A stretch of DNA of 61,860 nucleotides, filler included, from Asterionella formosa (Eukaryota): assembly GCA_002256025.1 (NCBI GenBank). It is 6 parts of 6 records of this genome, joined end to end, with 100 filler letters (N's around TTAATTAATTAA, not from the genome) between each part and the next. Parts side by side here need not be neighbours in the genome. Positions count along the whole stretch, not along the records: positions 10,338 to 20,568 come from NKIB01009732.1; positions 20,669 to 30,898 come from NKIB01009746.1; 4 more parts are not named here. One strand, given 5' to 3'. Every line of letters starts with the position of its first letter. Within the stretch, counting starts at the first letter, position 1. The notes below the pieces were generated by a model. It worked only from the letters and a program-made list of their open reading frames with translations, was not told where the DNA came from and searched no databases. Of this stretch, positions 12,365-23,955 are shown piece after piece. The position numbers and the translations under genes are program-made.

Positions 12365-13045
12365 ATGGAGGACCATCATCATCATCACGATGCGCTGTTA
12401 TCATTACCCATCATATCAGATGAACAAGAGCTTTTGAAGCATGGCATTTGTGTGTGTCCCATTCCTTGGTCAGACACGGAGCGCCATGCATTCGCGAAGG
12501 AATTGTCACAATGCACCCCAATGAATTTGACGGCAGAAGGCGATCACGCGCATGCCTTTTATCGAAACATATTGGACGAACCAAACATGCCCTTTGACAG
12601 CATTCTATCATCCGACATTGGTACCACCATGGCACGATACTTTGATGTTGCGTCCCTTGGAACTGATATCCGATTGGATGATGCCTTTTGTATCCACTAC
12701 AACATGACTCAAGACGATACCTCGGGGGCTAAACATACAGACCCTAGTGACATTACTGTAAACATGTGTTTGGAAACCAGTCCTGATATTCGAGGAAGTT
12801 ATGTGTTGTTCCATGGAACGCAACCATTGATGGGAATTGCTCCGTCTCGTGATCATGATACAACGATGACGAATGCATTCCAATTTCTAGTTGAACAACG
12901 ACCTGGATATGCTACTCTACATTGGGGTCATCATCCACATGAAACGACCCGGTTGCTACAGGGGCATCGTACTAATATTGTCCTTACCTACTGTTATACC
13001 GACCCGACCCGAAGTGATGTCACCATGAGAACATGTTATTCATAA
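12365..13045 (+). CDS. 2-oxoglutarate/Fe(II)-dependent oxygenase (OGFOD2/lysyl-hydroxylase-like), 226 aa
   Basis: DAFCIHY, HxD iron motif in AKHTDPSDITVNMCL, distal His in HWGHHPHET, and the 2OG-binding Arg in GHRTNIV. Confidence 0.85.
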   Translation: MEDHHHHHDALLSLPIISDEQELLKHGICVCPIPWSDTERHAFAKELSQCTPMNLTAEGDHAHAFYRNILDEPNMPFDSILSSDIGTTMARYFDVASLGTDIRLDDAFCIHYNMTQDDTSGAKHTDPSDITVNMCLETSPDIRGSYVLFHGTQPLMGIAPSRDHDTTMTNAFQFLVEQRPGYATLHWGHHPHETTRLLQGHRTNIVLTYCYTDPTRSDVTMRTCYS

Positions 13046-15587
13046 CAGTGGATGATGGGGTGCAAAAATCACACTCTCTTGGAAGGATAAAGGAACCATT
13101 CCATTTTATACCTGGATGCTCATTATCATTCTTCATCGCCTTCAGGTGACAATGATAACTGGTCCAAAGATGTATCTCAAATCCATTCTGGATTGTTAGG
13201 CTGTAGTTCAATCTTTTGCATAATGCAGTAAGGTTGTCATCATACCATGTTGGGTTCAAAGGAATCTCAATATAAAAGAATTCTCCTTCAGAAGCGCAAG
13301 AATGAAACTGGGTTGCTAATTAGGAGTCTAAAGTAAGCTACCCATTAAGCATGTCATATGCTAATAAAGCCTGGTCTGCCCCTATGGTAGCATATACAGT
13401 TGATAAGGCTATGTAAATAGCTGTAATTAACCAAAACCTATAAAGCAAAAATAAACAATATCATCCAAGAAGGTGTATTAATGTAGTAACTAAGCTAGCT
13501 TAATGGATCTGACAAATAGGGATAGTGCAACTATGTACATTAATTGGGAATATCGAAAACCATGGACCATGCCCTATGCTATTTGGATGATCAATTCCAA
13601 ATGAGTTCAGGGAATGTAAAAGAATAAAAAGAGGAAGCTAAAAATTATTAATCTACATTCGCTTGCTTCGTTGAGCTGGTCTTGGAAAGGTGATGACATG
13701 ACCCCAAAGGCTCACATATATTGGTTCTAGTCATTTAGCTTGTGAATACCCATGTGCACAACATTGAGGGTTATAAGTCGTAAGTTGTTAGATTGTTCTA
13801 TGTATGTCAGGTATGACCCTGACTCTGATAATGTTAGGGTTCGGGATAATATTTTACTTATGGGGTACCAGGTACTACTGGTTACTAGAGCATATGTCTT
13901 GGTTTAGTTTAGGTGACCCTTTATCCATTGGGGAGGAAGCACTCTATGATACCCTACATAGACTACGTTGAGATCAGACATTGTAGTAAGTGGTCTGAAG
14001 AGGTAATGCATCTTGCTACTAGCAGGATACATATTAGTCCTTGATTTCTATAACTGAATCATATATTTGTCTGACTGAAAATGATTGCAGCGATTAGCAG
14101 CAACTCAAGTATACCAGCAATCAGCTTATCTTTATTGGCCGGACTGTCATAATAACAAGGGTTTCTCAATCAGCACAATATATGGTGGTACCAGGTCATT
14201 TGAGGTTGTGTCAGCCATAAATTGGGACCAGGCAAATGCTTGGTGTTGATGCTATTGCCAAATTTATTTGGACATGCATGGCACAACAACATCATTAATT
14301 GTTCACAACATTAGTATGAAAATGTGGATATTTGGAGTAGGACATTGTCAATCTTGCAATAATTAACCATAAAGGAGCAACTGGAGAAGTTGGGATCTGA
14401 GATCATCTAAGTCATCATGGATCTTTATGCACATTCTGATCAAGTCAATCCAGCTGACCACCCATTATTTTTATTGCCATGTAGGGTATAACAAACCCCA
14501 CCATAGTACTCTTGCACAGACACTACTTGGGGATAAAACCGTGGAGGCCTCTATCAGTGTGTGGGACTGGACTTTGTGACAACCATCAGGAACAGAACGT
14601 ACTAGCTCCTCCTCCCAGCCCAAAAGTGGGAAACTATGGAGCGATGATGATCTAGAGTTTGGAATCGGCTGCAATAACTTTTCCTCTTGTGTCAGCAATG
14701 GCACAAAAGGAAAGAAATGATGATGATGATTTCATATTAATACAGTCTCCTAATAAAGGTAACACTTTTGCTTTTGCTTTTAACTTTTTTCATTCCCGAT
14801 TGGACCCCTATTTCGAGAAACCAAAAGCAATAGAACAGGTTTTTGGTGTGCATCTTCGTTCACTGATTGGAAGGTTGCCAAAACTTCCTTATTTCCAATT
14901 CTTATCACCAATATTTATTATTTGCAGTTTTTCGCTTAGATTCTATCCAAAATAATTCCAACTTTTATCAAAATCATACTATTCACTTCTTTGTCATTAA
15001 CAATGCCCCTTCTTCCTTGATGTTGTAGCATGGTGCAATCTTGTACCAAGTCTGGATGCTTGTGTCCGGCGCAATCAAACAACCGGTAGATATATTTGCA
15101 TTCACGAGGCTATTCTTATTTGCTTCCTATATATATTGCGGCTATGGCTGCTACATTGTATCATCGCTCAGCTAAAATCAGGGGGCCTTCGGTCAAATGT
15201 CCGCTCGGGAAGAAGTATATCTATAGATACTATGTAGTAAACTTCATCTCGTGATTCAAGTTTTTTGTCCCATCGCTCTCGTCCAGCCATGGAAACACTG
15301 ATATATGAACAAGTTGGTGGTCTATGTTATGATGTACAATCTTCACTGCAAGTATCACATGATATATTGCCCTCCCATGTTTGTATCACATTCAAGTAAC
15401 TAATTGGGGGCAGGTGCGATGTTGGAGTGTCGGGTGACAAAAGGGGGTCTAGATGTACGATATGTATGTGCGGGTGTTAGATTTGAACTGAACCATCAAG
15501 GAAAAAATGGAACAAGAGAGCGCACAAACCAGGAAAACCAAAAAGTGAAAAGTCAATTCACTCAGAACCTTTTTGGAACAGTAAGCC

Positions 15588-17816
15588 ATGCCGAACTATC
15601 AAATGCTTCGAAAACTACTGGTGATTATTGGTATAATAACAGCTCAGTCACTCTGCAACGGTGTTGATGTTGCTGTTGCGAAGGAGACAGCTCTCGATAC
15701 TCACACCGAATATAGTGGGACGATGGTTGCCTTTACTGATTCTGGGACCAACATGATGGAGCAGCATCCAGAAATTCAACACGATTCTCATCGAATACTT
15801 CAGGCAAGCAACTGGACCAAACCACCGTGGTGGAGACTCTACCGTATCGAGTTCCATATTCGTCATGTGAAGAAATGTATTCATCTCAATCCTATCAATG
15901 GTGAATCCTGTCCTCTTCAAGGAAACGGGGAATGGTACATGTGTTTGTTTGGAAGCAATCAAATATGCACACCAACTTCCGGTACTGTTCCTGGCGTGGA
16001 AGGACCATTTACAGGAGCTGGACTGGGGCGTATCCATCCTACGACCAGATGTACCTGTTATCAACAAGATCTACGCTGGAGCTGCAGTGATTGGGATCCA
16101 TGCTCGGAAAATGCCCTTGCCCGACAATTTATCAACAGAACACACATTCCAGGATTGTTGCAGGATCATGACGACTCTGTGGATGAAAAACAAGACGGAG
16201 CGACATACAACTTCAAATATGATATTACGTTCGTGGAGTCTGGTGTGGTTTCCCTAGCTGGAGCTCCTGACCTTATTCGGAATGTTACATGCACCTACGA
16301 AGGAAAGGAAAGCTACATCACTGTTGTTCTTCACCATGATATTGTTGCCGAATCACTTGAATCCTTGTTTCCTCTGAATTCCATTCTTGTTGTGAACAGC
16401 AATATATTTGGTGGATGCAGCTTGAGACCTGTTGATGATCAGAATGTTACCTCTCGCATGAAGCAAGATCTATTTCAAGATGGTTATTTGGTCATTCACT
16501 CAGTCTCGGGTACTCCACAAGGTATTAAGATTGGTGGTACGCCATCTTCATTCTTCGCCATGTTTGAGACTGTACTCATGGATTTGGTACCATTGAATGA
16601 GACGGAAGTCGTTGTGAAACCAGATACTAGTTCTCGCCACTTGGCTAACATTATCAACAAAGAATTTCCTCCTAAGGTAATCAGTAAGCCTCTGTTCACA
16701 CTCACGACAGCGGTAACGGCCACAGTCAAGACTGGATCTTTCCTTGTTCATCTTGATGCTAATGCGAATAATCTTGACTTTTATGTTGAGTTCAACGTGA
16801 AAGTCCTTTCCACCGACGCTACCTTTGATTTGACTCTGAAAACAGGAGAGCTGCGTCATATTTCGTACACATCAGACTACATCAATGAAAAAATTGCTAG
16901 CATCGACAAAAAACTTGGTAAAATTCAAATGGTGATGGACAAGAATTTGCCTCCCTTGAAAATTGGGGCATACTTTGAAGCTCCGATTATTGCAACTCCT
17001 GATTTTACAGTAGCAACAGACTTTAAAGCCAGAACAGAAGTCATATCTTTCATGGGAGCAAAGAAATTCAAGTTCTACATTAAGGGGCCATGGAATGATC
17101 TGAAATCAGGGACAAATGAAAACGATGCCAAAGTAGATCCGAAGGTGGAGGTGGTGAACGAAGATTCAGGACTTGACGCAGGTTCGTTTGCTGTTCTTTT
17201 TGCTCCCAAAGATAATGATAGAGCGTTTCTTGATGTCGCATGCTATGTGGGTATAGTACCAAAGGTCGTCGTGGACCTTGAAATTGGATCGGCGCTGTTA
17301 ACAATGTCCTCTGGTGCGGTCATTACTGCCGTTAGTCAAGACCCAGCATTCCCGCCACACCGGCGCGGAACCATGGATCCTCGTCAAAATGATGCGGTAT
17401 GCACTACCTGTCATTTTGCGGAAGTTGATTTTGTTGCACAGGTGTCTCCAGTGGGATTTAGCGCTCTCTTCACGGTACAGCTCCCTGGGGCTAGGGGCAA
17501 TCTACCCATCGCCAATAATCACATCATCGTTGACAAACCGTGGACCCGTGGCCTATTTAAGCATTGTTTATTCCCTGAGTTCGGAGGTAATGGCGTAGTC
17601 TGTGGTGATCCACCACTACCTGGTGAACCATCAAAACAGAAATGCTGCGATGGCTTGACTGACGTATGTCTGAATGGAGAATGCATAAAAACTAGAAGCC
17701 CCACGCCTGTGCCATTTTTTCTGCCAAGTACTCTCCCAACTCCTCTTCCAACACCTTCACCAACTCCACTATCGACTCCCTCGCCAAGCCCAGGACCCAA
17801 CATGATTTCAACATAA
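15588..17816 (+). CDS. Secreted Cys-rich protein with C-terminal Pro/Thr/Ser repeats, 742 aa
   Basis: Intronless ORF with signal peptide (LLVIIGIITAQSLCNG), Cys-rich N- and C-terminal modules and a (PTPS/PTPL)n tail. Confidence 0.8.
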   Translation: MPNYQMLRKLLVIIGIITAQSLCNGVDVAVAKETALDTHTEYSGTMVAFTDSGTNMMEQHPEIQHDSHRILQASNWTKPPWWRLYRIEFHIRHVKKCIHLNPINGESCPLQGNGEWYMCLFGSNQICTPTSGTVPGVEGPFTGAGLGRIHPTTRCTCYQQDLRWSCSDWDPCSENALARQFINRTHIPGLLQDHDDSVDEKQDGATYNFKYDITFVESGVVSLAGAPDLIRNVTCTYEGKESYITVVLHHDIVAESLESLFPLNSILVVNSNIFGGCSLRPVDDQNVTSRMKQDLFQDGYLVIHSVSGTPQGIKIGGTPSSFFAMFETVLMDLVPLNETEVVVKPDTSSRHLANIINKEFPPKVISKPLFTLTTAVTATVKTGSFLVHLDANANNLDFYVEFNVKVLSTDATFDLTLKTGELRHISYTSDYINEKIASIDKKLGKIQMVMDKNLPPLKIGAYFEAPIIATPDFTVATDFKARTEVISFMGAKKFKFYIKGPWNDLKSGTNENDAKVDPKVEVVNEDSGLDAGSFAVLFAPKDNDRAFLDVACYVGIVPKVVVDLEIGSALLTMSSGAVITAVSQDPAFPPHRRGTMDPRQNDAVCTTCHFAEVDFVAQVSPVGFSALFTVQLPGARGNLPIANNHIIVDKPWTRGLFKHCLFPEFGGNGVVCGDPPLPGEPSKQKCCDGLTDVCLNGECIKTRSPTPVPFFLPSTLPTPLPTPSPTPLSTPSPSPGPNMIST

Positions 17817-18561
17817 ATGCCGTTTCCTTTATTTGATACCATTCCACCAAATCAAGGAGTTTTTCTGGCAATCGGTCTCTACACTCCTGCTAGCTCCATC
17901 CTAATGTCATGGCCCGTGCCTCTGTCATGTCCAATCCTCATTTTGAATACATGATTTTAATCCAACCTATCTTGCCCTTTGAGAGTACCAAACTTCCACG
18001 ACACGAGTACATCAATTGTTACCAACTCTTCAAATATCCAAGACATGCACTCAAGACGAGAGTATACGCATCACTTATATCTGCTCATGCCATCATACAT
18101 GCAAACGCCCTCCTTCCCTAAAACGAGAATATACTATTTCGTCAAGAATGAACAATTGGAGGAATAGAATGCACCAAAACTCATTGCATACTATTATTAA
18201 TAAGCTCAGTCTATATATATATATACGAATATTATAGGCTAAATGGGTACTCACTATATATGCTCTGTTACACCACACATCGATTATACATCTTGTTTTG
18301 GTCGGTTGGTTGTCGTTTCAACGCAATTGGCTGTATCTGACTTGGTACTATTTTTGCATGGTAGGTTGTAACATAGCATTAGTTGAAGACGTTGAGCATT
18401 CATCATGCGCGAGGATTACACTCAATAATCGCTTCGCTACTATAAACTCGCACCTGTTTCTTGTTTGGTGAAATCTTGGACCGGATTGGCCATTTGTAAA
18501 ATCAGAAAGTGAGAAAACGAGAAAGAGATTTTGAGATGATGTTCAGAAATATGAAAAGAAT

Positions 18562-19842
18562 TCACAAGTTGAGACTATTTATTAACAATAGTTTTGCCAA
18601 ACAATCTTGAACGTCCATATCTTCCACAGCATCAAAAATGCTGCCTTCCACTTGACCATCTGGTGGGAGCAAAACCCGTGGATCTACAGACCATGCCTCA
18701 ATCGTTTCTTGGGATATCCCAGCCTCCAAGAGGGCCTTCCCAAAGGCATCATTTTCAGGTTTTCGTTCCAACCAATTCACTTTTTCAGCAAGCCCTTCTA
18801 GCGGTGATGCGCTGGCATGGATCCCATTGTCTGACTGGTTAGGTTCCGTTTCAAGTCCAAGTTCCTTGTACCTGTGTTGTGGTGAAAATGTTGAAGAAAA
18901 GGGCATCATGTTAGTTGTCGTGACGGATTCTTCATATTCTCGGTTTTTCTAGAAGAAAAAAAGCATGATGGACTTACGTTTCAAGTATAGTTCGCCGGAT
19001 AGAACCCTGTGGGCCTGATGCTGGATCGGTCGGGCTACAATATTACAGTGACAAAAAAATAAAGGTTGAGAGTTTTGTCAAACACCAATATCCATATATA
19101 TCTAACCAAGAAAGAGTATCAAATGAACTTTTTGTTGAGGACGACCGATGGCCTATACTTACCCCACCAGCTGATTCCGAAAGGAGTGCCAAGAAAGCTT
19201 GGATGGATCCCACTGTACTTCATAACAATGTATGCTATCGTTGACTCCAACAAACTTTTGTCGCATGGACATGAAGAATGCATTAAATACATAAAGTCCT
19301 GGACTATCCTTATCATCGATCGACACGAGTCCACAGTAAAAGCCCCCACCAAACTTGACGACGTGAGCACGGTTCCAAGCCGCATTCAACTCTTCAGCGG
19401 TACACTTGAATCGTTTGGTGGCCTCCATGGCATTGCATGCTCGATTTTCTTGTACCACTGTTTCCCAAGATTCCCCGAAGGATTGAAGGAATTTCTCCGC
19501 AGGGACAGGAATCTGATCAATGGAGAGAATGGTAGCTTTGCTGGCAATGGCATAATAGTGCTGGTCAATCAATTTCTTCTCATCAATGGTCTTGCCATCA
19601 ATATCCATTTCAGAGATAATGTCTATTCCGGCGTGCTGTAATCTTTGACTGACAAGTTGCCGAGTCTCAATGGTATTGGCATGTGGTTTGATGAACACAA
19701 AGGCTGAATTCAGCAGAACGCTGTTTTTGGCGTCGCAGGTTGTCGTTTTGGTCGATGAAACAGGAACTGATGAACTAGATGCGGCTACTTTGTATTGCAA
19801 GGTCAATGCTGCCATCATTAGAGTTACTATGATTGCAAACAT
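18562..19842 (-). CDS. ndk: Nucleoside diphosphate kinase-like protein with signal peptide, 3 exons
   Basis: NSAFVFIKPHAN. The spliced sequence reads LVG|PTDPASGPQGSIRRTILET|YKELG, and the catalytic His lies in NGIHASAS. Two GT-AG introns at about 19035..19162 and 18872..18977. Confidence 0.85.
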
Positions 19843-20154
19843 ATTGATGGTTCTAGCAGCAGCAAGGGAAGAGGAGAAAGGTCGTGCTTCGGTGCGCTCT
19901 GATAGGATTTCGGGAACTACTCGGAATGTGCATTTCTCATTGCAAGACAAAAAATAGCAAAGTACGTACTAGCTAGACTAGTACGGTACTGGTATTATAT
20001 GCAGGATACTTCAATTCTATTCACATACACCAGGATCTCCTATTTTCACAGATACAAGTGAAGGGTAGGTCTACCTGGTACCGGTACGCAAGTAACAGGA
20101 TGTAGGTAGTGCAAAATAGATGCCATTGGAGGTGCAGTGTCCAGCCAGTACAAT

Positions 20155-20271
20155 AAGAACAACACCCGGGATTCCAACGTGGTCCCCACCGTAGTACTAA
20201 CCGGGCCCGATGATGCTTGACTTCGCTGAGCAGACGGGAAGCGGTATTGTCATCATGGTATGGTCGTTTCT
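20155..20271 (-). rRNA. 5S rRNA gene, isolated copy
   Basis: The minus strand reads AGAAACGACCATACC...CCCGTCTGCTCAGCGAAGTCAAGC...GGTTAGTACTACGGTGGGGACCACG...GGAATCCCGGGTGTTGTTCTT, a eukaryotic 5S rRNA. Confidence 0.93.
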
Positions 20272-20787
20272 GAAGGCAATACACGCCCGAGGTGGTCTCT
20301 TGCCTGCGAGTACACATGTATACGAGAAGGCAAGTAGCCGCCGAGAAGGGTATTGTTGAGGCAATTCCCGCTCTACCTATCGTCGCGTCATTCGCTTACC
20401 TACTGCCCACAAATTTAGCATAAATGTCAATTTTAGCCTACTATATGTATTATACACTTATGGCATAGGTATGAGATTTCTTTGTTGTATGTGCGTATGG
20501 CGATGCTCATGATGTTTGTGTCATGGTGTGAACGTGATTGGGTCATTTTCTTGCTTTGACAACTATGANNNNNNNNNNNNNNNNNNNNNNNNNNNNNNNN
20601 NNNNNNNNNNNNTTAATTAATTAANNNNNNNNNNNNNNNNNNNNNNNNNNNNNNNNNNNNNNNNNNNNGTCGGTCAACGATTTCATGAGTTGTTTAATAA
20701 ATTAATATTGACGTAGCCTAAAGGGCCACAACTACTGTGTATACTAAATTTCTTCTACACTTTGTAACGTTTTGATCCACAAACACC

Positions 20788-22100
20788 TTATTTGGATCCC
20801 ATCTTCATGAGCAAAGTAGCTGCGCTTCCAATAATGGCTCCTGCTGCAATCAATACAGCTGGATTCGTAGCAACCTTGGGTTCACCGATTTGAGGGCTGC
20901 CTCCTCCAGTGATGGCAGAATATTTGCCAGTGGATCCCAACTTTTCCATGGATGTGGCAACACGAGCCGCCATGGTTTCTTCAGCCTTGCGGACCCATAC
21001 ACGAGGGTCATAAAATTTCTTGTTGGGCTTGTCAGGTCCTGTTGGGTTTCCAATTTGTCCTTGAAGAAAATCACGATGTTCCTTTTCAAAGGCGCGCAAG
21101 CCATCCCAGTAGGCCCACTGAGTGTCTGTGTCAATGTTCATTTTGATAACTCCATTCTTGACAGCTTCTTGAATTTCCTCATCAGTGGATCCAGATCCAC
21201 CATGCATGACAAGGAAGAGGGGCTTATCAGTTGATGAATTGATCATCTTCTTGGTGTACTCTTGGTGTTGTCCAAGTTTTTCCGGTGAGAGCACGACATT
21301 ACCAGGCTTGTAGACTCCGTGGACATTTCCAAATGCTGCAGCGATGGAGAACATTGTCCCAATCTTCGAGAGTGCATCGTAGACTTGGTACACTTGTTCC
21401 GGGGTGGTGTATAGCTTTTCTGGGTCAACGTCGTCGTTGTTGACCCCATCTTCTTCTCCCCCAGTAATCCCAATCTCCATTTCCAGCCAAATCTTCATGG
21501 GAGCCATGCGCTTGAAGTATTCGACACAAATAGCAATGTTTTCATCATCTGGTTCCTCACTGAGATCCAACATGTGCGAGGAGAAGAGGGGTTCGCCATA
21601 TTTTTTGAAAAAGTCTTCGTCCGCCTTGAGCATACCATCAAACCATGGCAAAAGATTTTTGGCGCAATGGTCGGAGTGCAAGACGACGGGGATTCCGTAG
21701 TACTTGGCAACGGAACGAACGTGCATGGCAAGGGCGACCGATCCAATGGCGTCAGTTCCATCCAGCTTGAGGCCCTTTCCGGCGACGAAGGCCCCTCCTC
21801 CGTTGGAGACTTGAATAATGACTGGGGAGTTCATTTTGCGAGCTGCCTCCATGACGGCGTTGGCGGTGGAGGAGCTGATGTTGTTGTTCACGGTAGTTAG
21901 TAAGTATCTGTACGTTGTGCTTACCCATATAATGTGCAAGCGCAAGTACGAACGTAAGGAGGAATGTCATTATGCTCCACGTACCTTGTGCAGTTGACAG
22001 CAGGAATGGCGTAGCCTTCCTTGCGAGCGTGCATGAGAAGAGTCAGGAGGTCATCACCGGTAACAACCCCGGGAGGGACAAGGTCAACAAGAGAGGCCAT
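20788..22100 (-). CDS. fbaA: Class II (type A) fructose-1,6-bisphosphate aldolase without plastid presequence, 2 exons
   Basis: YAIPAVNCT|SSSTAN across intron 21875..21984, then LHSDHC, SSHMLDLS, EMEIGITGGEEDG, FGNVHGVYK, MHGGSGS and KMNIDTD. Confidence 0.95.
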
Positions 22101-22169
22101 GGTGGAAGAAAATACGAAAGCGTTCCGAGGCGAATGGGAGAACAAGAGGATGAATCTGATTAACAAATC

Positions 22170-22640
22170 TTAACTGGTGTACCGGGTAAACGCACTAATT
22201 TGACACGCATGTACCGGTACCTTGACTATCTCTATGTATTTGATAGAGCATCTGGTTTCTAGGTACACCAGGTACCGGTAGGTAAAACAGCTCGTCCTGA
22301 TAATACCTGTACCAGTACCAGCAGTACCAGTTATCGGTACCTGGTACCAGGTAACAGGCACCAGGAAGTACCAGGTACCTGGTGGTACCAGATACATACC
22401 ATTGTCTCTCGTCATCGTTAGCGTCGTCGTCGTCGTCGTGTCCCCTTGTTGCATACCCATGGACGTCACGAACTTCAAAAAGTACTGGTGCCACCAGGTA
22501 CGCACCGGAATATGAGAACGTACCAGTTGCTGGTACGGTATAAGGTACATGTACTCCATATACCGGTACCAGGTACCCTGGTACCTGGTACCACTGGTAT
22601 ATACCTCCATACAAGATACCGGTACTGGAGTAATAAATTA
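22170..22640. repeat. GGTACC/CCWGG-rich low-complexity palindrome cluster upstream of the aldolase
   Basis: Dense runs of gtacc, ctggtac and ccaggtac, including the exact palindrome TACCTGGTACCAGGTA at 22338..22353. Confidence 0.8.
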
Positions 22641-22732
22641 CTGGTGTAGAGTAGCGGTATCAATTGTCCTTCACTGGACCTTCAACGCAGCCAGTCGGCA
22701 TTGTAAGTGGGGATGTGTGGAAATTGCGATAT

Positions 22733-22985
22733 TTAGGGTCTTCTCATTTTTCATTGATTATCACTTCATTTGAAAAATTTTGAAAATGTATCAGCAACAG
22801 TAAATCGATTTGAACTGAATTTCATCCATTCCAAACATGTCATTGTATCACAGTGTTACATGGATTGCTAATGGCAACAAGCCAGTGGTGAACATCTAAA
22901 TGTATTTGAGCAGGAATATGCATAGTATGTGCAGCCTAAATAACCAGAATATTGACTAATGACAAAATGATAAGAACAACCCTTA
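22733..22985. mobile_element. MITE-like element, copy 2, with imperfect terminal inverted repeats
   Basis: Left end tagggtcttctcatttttcatt. The reverse complement of the right end is aagggttgttcttatcattttgtcatt. Homologous to 10545..10792. Confidence 0.65.
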
Positions 22986-23955
22986 GTCTTGAACGAAATG
23001 TACTATACATACATGACATTGTAAACACGCATTCGGGACATTTATGAATGCATGCAATGAGGAAGGAAGGGAATTGAGACATTTGACTTTGTTTTCCTGG
23101 GCAATGACATAGTTAAAAAAATCTTCTAACTCCACATCACCTCTGGTTGCTCTGTACTATGTGAGTTTTGTATACCAGCATCCCACCCACAAGTGCTTCC
23201 TTTGGAACAATGCAACTTCCTACAACAAGAGCACCAGCCAACTGGTTGTCCCAAACACAACACCAGCCATGGCATTTTCAAGAGACTACCAGTATTGAAT
23301 TAAATTAGCAAGCAACCATGTAACCAGCCAAAACAGAGCTGTTGATAGTTACAACACAAAAATGAATAACAAAGCAGAGTTGCGAAACTGCTTCCAAAAA
23401 GAATACAACATTCAACATTCAACCATCAACAGCAATAAAAATTGAAACCAGCATTCAAGAATGAAACTTCAAATTCAGCAGTAGGAATAGTAAACCAAAG
23501 AACTCCTTCTCCTAGTAGTAGTATGATTGCAGTCTAGCCCTACATTGTTCAAGTTGTCTCCCAAATGCGTTTGCCAATTTCTGTCTCAGCTGGACTCCTA
23601 ATTGAAAATTCCCTACCTGACTCTTGATGGGAATGGAAGAAGAAACACAATATTCAGCACTTCAGGAAGACTGAGAAGGGTGCACTGGGAACTGGATGCT
23701 GGCGAGGTGTCATGACGAGGAACAAGTACCTGCTGGTACTTGGAAAAAGTTTTAATAGGTACGACCTGGTACCACTCGTACCTGGTGAGCAATGATCATG
23801 CGTGCCCACAGACTGCACCACACACAGCCACCTCACAGGATCTGAAACCTTGGTATGGTTGTGTACATATGTAAATAATATTACCGGTACATAGTACATC
23901 AGTCAAATAATATGCCTGTGTGTAGTTCCACACAAAAACAAAAACAAGACGAACC

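Noticed and set aside
13050..15100. Possible decayed TE coding sequence
   Set aside because: I could not recover any diagnostic motif in any frame.
22170..22663. Tyr/Trp/Gly/Thr-rich ORFs (also 30128..30703)
   Set aside because: Translations of the GGTACC palindrome clusters with no coding evidence.
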